Below are positions 26,490 to 32,496 of a stretch of 32,496 bases of DNA, in pieces. Every line of letters begins with the position of its first letter. The stretch's first letter is position 1. The notes below the pieces were generated by a model. It ran no database searches. It was not told the origin of the DNA and worked only from the letters and a program-made list of their open reading frames with translations. The position numbers and the translations under genes were made by a program. The DNA comes from an uncultured Aminicenantes bacterium (GTDB lineage: Bacteria; Acidobacteriota; Aminicenantia; UBA2199), in assembly GCA_965195285.1 (NCBI GenBank), contig CBDAFS010000051.1, forward strand, positions 1 to 32,496, written 5' to 3'.

Positions 26490-28130
26490 ATGACAGAAAA
26501 ATTGAAACAAACTTTAAAGGATTCAGCACCATTACGTTGGTTTGTAATGATATTGGTCAGTGGATTGATGTTTGGAACTTATTGGTTCCAGGATTTCTTT
26601 TCTGGTTTAAAAACCATGATGGAAAGCCAGATGGGTTTCACCTCCTCTCAATTCGGATTGCTGATAGGGTTAACGACGATTGCCAATATTTTTGGTATGA
26701 TCATTGTCGGTGGTATTATTCTCGACAAGTGGGGCATACGAATTTCGGGAGTTTTATATGGAGCTGTCGCCACCCTGGGAGCAGCAATAACAGCTTTGGG
26801 CGCCAGTGATTTCTTTTCAAGCGATCCCTCAACAAAATTACCCATTATGATCATTGGAAGAATACTATTCGGTGTGGGATTGGAAGTGACCTGTGTTGTG
26901 GTACTCAGGACCATTGTGAAGTGGTTTAAGGGTTACGAACTGGCCCTGGCAATGGCCATTAGCATGGCATTTGGACGTCTGGGGTCAGCTATGGGAATTG
27001 CATTATCGCCTGATATAGGTCAAGGAGTGATTCAACCGGCAATAAATTTTGCCGCAACACTGATAGGTATCGGTTTAATCATGTTCATCGTATACGTATT
27101 ATTTGATGTAAAAATTGACAAGCAATTAAAAGATAAAGCAAAAGGTTTTGAGGAGGAAGAAGATAAGTTCAAATTCTCCGACCTGGTCCAATTGCTTACC
27201 AATAAAGCTTTTTGGTTGATTGCATTGCTTTGTGTGGCTTTCTATTCGGCAGTATTCCCATTTATTCAGTATGCAGCCGATCTGCTGGTTAATAAGTTCG
27301 GGTTTACTTACAGTCTTCCGGAATCCGCTCCCCAGATTACCATTTTCGGGAGTCCTGCTCTTGGGAATGCCAGTATATTTATCGGGTTGTTTATATTTGG
27401 CATTGCATTTTCTTTGGTACCAGCAAAAATAAAAGATAAAACCGGTAAGATTCTTTCTATTTTCATCATTTTTGTCATGTTTATTATCTTCCTGTATTTA
27501 CTCAAAGATACTCTGTCCGTATGGATTAAAAATGGTCCCAAGGTTGCCAGTTTAATACCTCTGGGCACGATTTTATTCACACCAATTTTCGGAAACATGG
27601 TAGACCGAAAAGGAAAAGCAGCTTCCATTATGATTCTGGGCTCACTGCTCATCATTTTTGCTCACCTTTCGCTTTCGGTATTCAATGTTGTTGCTCTGGG
27701 TTATCTGGGTTTGATTAGCCTCGGTGTTTCTTTTTCCCTGCTTCCGGCTGCCATGTGGCCATCAGTGGCAAAAATTGTCCCCAAAAACCGATTGGGAACT
27801 GCCTATGCAACCATGTTTACGATTCAGAATTGGGGGCTGGGGGCGTTTTTCTGGGGAATAGGTAAAGTCCTGGATTTGGTGAACCCTACCGTTGTCAGCA
27901 AAATACAGGAAATAAGAAGTAATCTGGAAGCTCAGGGTCTGTCAGTGGTGGATATAAGCAAAGAAATGGAGAAACTCAAAGGCCTTGGTGAAATTCCTTC
28001 ATATAATTATACAATCCCCATATTAATGCTGGTTGTTCTGGGTGTTCTTTCCGTATTTTTAGCACTTCAATTAAAAAAATTAGATAAAGAACGAGGACTC
28101 GGATTAGAACTCCCATCATCGAGCAGTTAA
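26490..28130 (+). CDS. MFS transporter (MFSD1-like), with probable extra TM pair
   Basis: GGIILDKWGIR and GNMVDRKGK (motif A-like), GRILFGVGLE, KWFKGYELALA, PAAMWPSV.KIV. Confidence 0.88.
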   Translation: MTEKLKQTLKDSAPLRWFVMILVSGLMFGTYWFQDFFSGLKTMMESQMGFTSSQFGLLIGLTTIANIFGMIIVGGIILDKWGIRISGVLYGAVATLGAAITALGASDFFSSDPSTKLPIMIIGRILFGVGLEVTCVVVLRTIVKWFKGYELALAMAISMAFGRLGSAMGIALSPDIGQGVIQPAINFAATLIGIGLIMFIVYVLFDVKIDKQLKDKAKGFEEEEDKFKFSDLVQLLTNKAFWLIALLCVAFYSAVFPFIQYAADLLVNKFGFTYSLPESAPQITIFGSPALGNASIFIGLFIFGIAFSLVPAKIKDKTGKILSIFIIFVMFIIFLYLLKDTLSVWIKNGPKVASLIPLGTILFTPIFGNMVDRKGKAASIMILGSLLIIFAHLSLSVFNVVALGYLGLISLGVSFSLLPAAMWPSVAKIVPKNRLGTAYATMFTIQNWGLGAFFWGIGKVLDLVNPTVVSKIQEIRSNLEAQGLSVVDISKEMEKLKGLGEIPSYNYTIPILMLVVLGVLSVFLALQLKKLDKERGLGLELPSSSS

Positions 28131-28169
28131 TTTTTACTTGGTAAGAAAAAAGATCGGGTAATAAACCAA

Positions 28170-29387
28170 TTGATCCTTGTAATAAAACTCTTAATAATTG
28201 TTGCTGGGCTGATCGTTTTTTTAAGATTAAAACTCAGTTTGATTCTTTCTATACTTTTATCCTCGGTCCTGACCATTATCTTGCTGCAGGTGAATGTAAA
28301 AACCGCCCTGATATCTTCGGCTGAAATACTGGTTGAACAAAAGACCATTCAACTGTTGGTCATCATGTTCATGGTTTTGTATATAGGTGCGGTGATGAAA
28401 TCAAAGCAGATGTTTGTCAAATTGATCAATTCCCTGAATTGTTTTATCCGTGATAAGAGAATAGTGGCCATGGTGGGACCTGCCATACTCGGATTTCTCC
28501 CCAGTCCCGGAGGGGCTCTCCTGTCAGCCCCTATGGTGGAAGCATCAATAAAAAAAATGAATTGGAAACCGGAGTTCAGCACCTTCATAAATTTCTGGTT
28601 CCGGCATTTCTGGGAATTTATCTGGCCGGTCTATGCGGGGTTATTGTTGTTTCAGACCATGAGCGGCATTCCATTAAAAAAAATCATTCTCTATCAATCC
28701 CCATTCACCGTGCTCAATATTGGTACCGGGTTACTGGTTTCGTTTGTCTATTTTAAAAAATATAAGATACGGCGGGAATTACCGGATAATAAAAACAATA
28801 TTATCGGAACAACGAAAGAGTTTTTTGAAGGTTTCTGGCCGATATTGTTAGTGGTCCTGTTGTTTTTCGTCATATCTCTGCCACTATACCTGAGTTTAAT
28901 CTGTGCTGCTTTACTATTGACTATTATGACCCGATTAAAAGTCAAGGAGATCTTATCCCTTTTATTTTCAAAATTTATTTTAAAGACTTCCCTTTTAATT
29001 GTCTCGGTGCTGGTTTTTCAAAAAATCCTCTCCATTTCGCCTGCTTTTGAAATTTTGAAAACCTGGGATATGTCCCTGGGAATGATTGTTCTATTTGCCT
29101 TTTTTATCTCTTTCACCATGGGATTTTTGACCGGTGTGAATGTGGCTTATATTGCCATCGCCTATCCCATTCTTTTTCCCCTGATTGAACACCTGCCCAA
29201 TTTCTTCTATTTGGCTTTATATATTTATGTGATCGGTTTTGCCGGCATTCTGCTCTCCCCCCTTCACCTCTGCCTGGTGTTGACCAATGAATACTTCAAG
29301 TCCTCCCTGTACCGGGTCTATAAATATATGGCCTTTCCGGTGGGTATGATGGTGGCGGTTTCCACCGGGCTGGTGCTCTTACTCTGA
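28170..29387 (+). CDS. DUF401-family integral membrane protein
   Basis: GFLPSPGGALLSAPMV, NFWFRHFWE..WP.Y, LLSPLHLCLVLTNEYF; TTG start. Confidence 0.8.
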   Translation: MILVIKLLIIVAGLIVFLRLKLSLILSILLSSVLTIILLQVNVKTALISSAEILVEQKTIQLLVIMFMVLYIGAVMKSKQMFVKLINSLNCFIRDKRIVAMVGPAILGFLPSPGGALLSAPMVEASIKKMNWKPEFSTFINFWFRHFWEFIWPVYAGLLLFQTMSGIPLKKIILYQSPFTVLNIGTGLLVSFVYFKKYKIRRELPDNKNNIIGTTKEFFEGFWPILLVVLLFFVISLPLYLSLICAALLLTIMTRLKVKEILSLLFSKFILKTSLLIVSVLVFQKILSISPAFEILKTWDMSLGMIVLFAFFISFTMGFLTGVNVAYIAIAYPILFPLIEHLPNFFYLALYIYVIGFAGILLSPLHLCLVLTNEYFKSSLYRVYKYMAFPVGMMVAVSTGLVLLL

Positions 29388-29395
29388 TCTTTACC

Positions 29396-31603
29396 ATGAC
29401 CCTTTTATTCGGTATGATCATTTTATCCAGTTCGGTTTTGCTGTTTCTGGTGCAACCGCTGGTTTCAAAAATGATTCTGCCCCTTTTCGGGGGTACGCCT
29501 TCGGTCTGGACATCCTGCATGCTTTTTTTTCAGCTATTGCTGCTGGCCGGATATTTATATGCCCATTTTATTTCGGTCAAGCTTTCACTGAAAGCACAAA
29601 TATGGCTGCATGGCGCTTTGTTGTTACTGGCTGGCCTATTTCTGCCCTTTCAGTTTTCAGAGAAAATGGTGGCTTCGTTTTCCTGGCAGTCCAACCCGGT
29701 ATTTCTGCTGATCGGGCTTCTGTTGGTGGGTATTGGTTTCCCCTTTTTTGTCCTGTCGGCCGGCTCACCCCTGATTCAGAAGTGGTTTTCGCGCACCACT
29801 CACCATTCAGCCCGGGACCCGTATTTTCTTTTTGCAGCCAGTAACACCGGAAGCCTGGTGGCCATCCTGGCTTATCCCCTGCTGATTGAGCCGCGAATTT
29901 CCCTTCAGTATCAGAGCCGGCTCTGGACCCTGGGCTATGGAATTCTGGTCATTTTAATGGGGTTAATCGCCGGATTGAGCTGGTTTTACCGGAAAACTGC
30001 CAGGCCGGGGGATGGTGAAAAGCCAGCCTGTCCTAATCCGGAACAAAGGCAGTCAATAACGGTGAAAAGCCGGTTGAACTGGATTCTCCTGGCCTTTGTA
30101 CCCTCCAGTCTCATGCTGGGGGTGACCTCTTATATGACAACCGATATTGCCAGTGTACCCCTGTTGTGGGTGATTCCGCTGGCGCTGTATCTGATATCCT
30201 TTATCCTGGTGTATACCCGGAGAACCCTGATCCCCTTCTCTGTGATCCGCAAGGTTTTTCCGGTAACGGCGGTGGTGACGGTGTTCATGATGCTGACTGA
30301 AATAGAGAAGCCGGTCTGGCTCGTTTTCTGCTTTTACCTGTTGTTCTTTTTTATGGCAGCCCTGGCCTGTCACGGCCGGCTGGCCCGGGATCGGCCGCCC
30401 ACCTCCCATCTCACGGCCTATTATGTGTATATTTCCATCGGAGGTGCTCTGGGGGGTTTTTTCAATGCCATTCTGTCTCCGGTCATTTTCAATAAAATTA
30501 CCGAGCTTCCGCTGGTGCTGGTGCTGGCCTGCCTGATATTTTCTGAGTCAGGTTTCAAGAAATGGCATCCCAAGGATATTATCTATCCGGCCGGGGTTGG
30601 CATTTTGACCGCACTGCTGGCGGTCTTTATCCCCCGTGTTACCCTGGAGCCCTACCAGTTGTGGATGCTGGTGATATTCGGGATCCCCCTGTTTGCCGGG
30701 TATACCTTTGTCAATCGCCCGCTTCGGTTCGGCCTGGCTATTGGGGCTATACTGTTAGGCAGTATGGTTTATCCGGATATATACGGCAAGGAGGTCTTCA
30801 CCGAACGGAATTTTTTCGGAAATATCCAGGTTAAATATGATGAGACCGGTCCCTATCACCGGCTATTCTACGGAACCACCCAGCACGGTCTGCAGTTTAC
30901 CCGGCCCGGGCGCCGTCATGAAGCCCTGGCCTATTATCACCGGTCCGGACCTTTCGGAGATATTTTTGAGGCCTACCGGTTTAATCCGGCCTCGGATTCG
31001 GTGGGAGTCATTGGACTGGGAATCGGGAGCATGCTGTCTTATTCGGGTCCGGGACAGAAATGGACTTTTTACGAAATTGATCCGGCAGTGATCCGGATTG
31101 CCCGGGATACCCGGTTTTTTACCCATGTGCTCGATGCCCGGGCTGATGATATCAACATCGTTCCCGGAGATGCCCGGCTGATGATCCGGAAAGCCCGGAC
31201 CGGAGAATACGGACTCTTGATTGTGGATGCTTTCAATTCCGATGCCATTCCGGTTCATTTGATTACCTGTGAAGCCTTCGAGCTCTACCTGTCCAAGCTG
31301 ACCGATAAAGGCCTGCTGGCTATTCACATAACCAATAAAAACCTTGACCTGACCCCGGTGATCAGGGATGTGGCTCAGCATTTAAACCTGTTCTGTATCT
31401 TTCAATATGATTCGGAAATTGATCCGGAAGATGAAACCACCCGGGGCAAGTTCCGCTCTCTGTGGGCGGTCATGACCCGTGACATGGACAATCTGGGTCC
31501 CATACTGAAGCAGAAACAATGGCGGGTTTTACCACCCCGGGATAATCCAAAACCCTGGACCGATGATTTTTCCGATATCATCGGGGTGCTGAAGTGGTTT
31601 TAG
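29396..31603 (+). CDS. Fused multi-TM / spermidine-synthase-like SAM-dependent transferase
   Basis: LLFLVQP...K.ILP.FGG...VW N-terminus; C-terminal RNFFG, GTTQHG, IGLGIG, YEIDP, GDAR, VDAFNSDAIP.HL.T.EA, WTDDFS. Confidence 0.85.
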   Translation: MTLLFGMIILSSSVLLFLVQPLVSKMILPLFGGTPSVWTSCMLFFQLLLLAGYLYAHFISVKLSLKAQIWLHGALLLLAGLFLPFQFSEKMVASFSWQSNPVFLLIGLLLVGIGFPFFVLSAGSPLIQKWFSRTTHHSARDPYFLFAASNTGSLVAILAYPLLIEPRISLQYQSRLWTLGYGILVILMGLIAGLSWFYRKTARPGDGEKPACPNPEQRQSITVKSRLNWILLAFVPSSLMLGVTSYMTTDIASVPLLWVIPLALYLISFILVYTRRTLIPFSVIRKVFPVTAVVTVFMMLTEIEKPVWLVFCFYLLFFFMAALACHGRLARDRPPTSHLTAYYVYISIGGALGGFFNAILSPVIFNKITELPLVLVLACLIFSESGFKKWHPKDIIYPAGVGILTALLAVFIPRVTLEPYQLWMLVIFGIPLFAGYTFVNRPLRFGLAIGAILLGSMVYPDIYGKEVFTERNFFGNIQVKYDETGPYHRLFYGTTQHGLQFTRPGRRHEALAYYHRSGPFGDIFEAYRFNPASDSVGVIGLGIGSMLSYSGPGQKWTFYEIDPAVIRIARDTRFFTHVLDARADDINIVPGDARLMIRKARTGEYGLLIVDAFNSDAIPVHLITCEAFELYLSKLTDKGLLAIHITNKNLDLTPVIRDVAQHLNLFCIFQYDSEIDPEDETTRGKFRSLWAVMTRDMDNLGPILKQKQWRVLPPRDNPKPWTDDFSDIIGVLKWF

Positions 31604-31607
31604 GCAG

Positions 31608-32231
31608 TCAAAACAGGTCCTCGATGTTTCCTGCCCCATGTCGCAGGATTTCAGGGGGATTGACGGTAAAATCAATCACAGTTGAAGGAATGTTGGGGGT
31701 AATCCCGCTATCCAGAATCAGGTCAAGGTCGTATTTGAATTTATCGGCTATTTCCTGGGGATTGGTAAAAAAATCGTCACTTCCCTTGGGAACACTGGTG
31801 CTGAGCATGGGCCGGCCCAGGAACTCCACCAGACTCCGGGTTACCACCGAATCCGGCATGCGGACACCGACAGTTCTTCTTTTTTGCAGGTGAAGTATGG
31901 AGCGGGGCACTTCTTTGGAGGCAGGAAGGATAAAAGTGTATTTTCCCGGCAGTACCCGGCGCATGACCCGGAAGGCATTATTGGGAATATGGGCCCAGTT
32001 GGCGATATCCTTGAAATCGGAAAAGATAAAACTCAGGAGTTTCTGATTGGAGACCCTTTTGATCTTGAAAATTCTGGAAACCGCATCCCGATTGAGAATA
32101 TCGGCTGCCAGTCCGTAGATGGTATCGGTGGGATACACGATGACCCCGCCGTTGGTCAGGATTTCCACCGCATCCAGGATGATCTTCTTGTCCAGGTTGT
32201 AGGGGTCGATTTTCTGAATGTCTACAATCAT
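31608..32231 (-). CDS. Sua5/YciO/YrdC-family protein (threonylcarbamoyl-AMP synthase-like)
   Basis: GGVIVYPTDTIYGL, KR, LPG.YTFIL, VGVRMPD, LSTS, PSTVID, RHGAG. Confidence 0.9.
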   Translation of the reverse strand: MIVDIQKIDPYNLDKKIILDAVEILTNGGVIVYPTDTIYGLAADILNRDAVSRIFKIKRVSNQKLLSFIFSDFKDIANWAHIPNNAFRVMRRVLPGKYTFILPASKEVPRSILHLQKRRTVGVRMPDSVVTRSLVEFLGRPMLSTSVPKGSDDFFTNPQEIADKFKYDLDLILDSGITPNIPSTVIDFTVNPPEILRHGAGNIEDLF

Positions 32232-32317
32232 GTTGTTTTCCGGTTTTATTGAATACTACATTATAAATGAAAAGGGGAAAAAAGAAAATATTTAGGGCCT
32301 GGCGGTTTGCATGATGC

Positions 32318-32346
32318 TTGCAAATATCGGGTTTATCGATTAAAAT
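32318..32346 (+). promoter_or_regulatory. sigma70-type promoter of tadA
   Basis: TTGCAA, 17-nt spacer, TAAAAT. Confidence 0.55.
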
Positions 32347-32364
32347 CTGGATTTTGAAGGCAAA

Positions 32365-32496
32365 ATGGTTGAAAAAGACATTTTTTTTATGAAGCAGGCA
32401 CTGGCGGAAGCCAGGATGGCCCGGGACCGGGGTGAAGTGCCGGTGGGGGCTGTGGTGGTTCGGGACGGAGATATAATCGGCCGGGGATATAATTCA
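32365..32496 (+). CDS. tadA: tRNA adenosine(34) deaminase, 5' part (cut by window edge)
   Basis: Manual translation [44 protein letters not shown]; EVPVGAV is the TadA-type N-terminal motif. Not in the ORF track. Confidence 0.85.
   Translation, partial: MVEKDIFFMKQALAEARMARDRGEVPVGAVVVRDGDIIGRGYNS

Noticed and set aside
32307-32322. Near-sigma54 promoter TTGCATGATGCTTGCA and the inverted repeat TTTGCA-N7-TGCAAA upstream of tadA
   Set aside because: It lacks the invariant GG at -24, and a good sigma70 promoter explains the site
1-32496. CRISPR arrays, tRNA/rRNA genes, prophage or recognisable defence genes
   Set aside because: No regularly spaced repeats, cloverleaf signatures or hallmark proteins were seen; the intergenic regions are short and largely accounted for

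Overview
Bacterial genomic DNA, mostly housekeeping genes. It contains rplU-rpmA-obgE-nadD-rsfS-(sigma54-type activator)-rlmH, pepP, rex-CNNM-smpB, yggS-yggT-divIVA-recA, grpE-dnaK-dnaJ-(Ser/Thr kinase), a transporter cluster, a Sua5/YciO gene and the 5' end of tadA. The gene mix suggests a diderm of the Acidobacteriota/Aminicenantes or Deltaproteobacteria type; this is a weak inference. An AT-rich trehalose module (TreT-like plus fused TPS/TPP) lies at about 10.95-15.05 kb. Its right edge carries an internally deleted IS4-type transposase relic that the ORF track missed, and a REP-like hairpin. The most interesting observations are: (1) a sensor-less sigma54 enhancer-binding protein with intact GAFTGA and HTH but Walker B DE changed to NQ (predicted hydrolysis-dead), overlapping both rsfS and rlmH; (2) a cytoplasmic Hanks kinase with an HRDxR catalytic loop and a C-terminal Zn ribbon as the apparent last gene of a grpE-dnaK-dnaJ operon with a divergent DnaK; (3) an MFS promoter whose whole 17-nt spacer is poly-T, a candidate phase-variable switch; (4) strong CCGG enrichment in the backbone that fades in putatively foreign genes. 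No rRNA, tRNA or CRISPR array was seen. All calls come from reading the sequence by eye; no searches were run.
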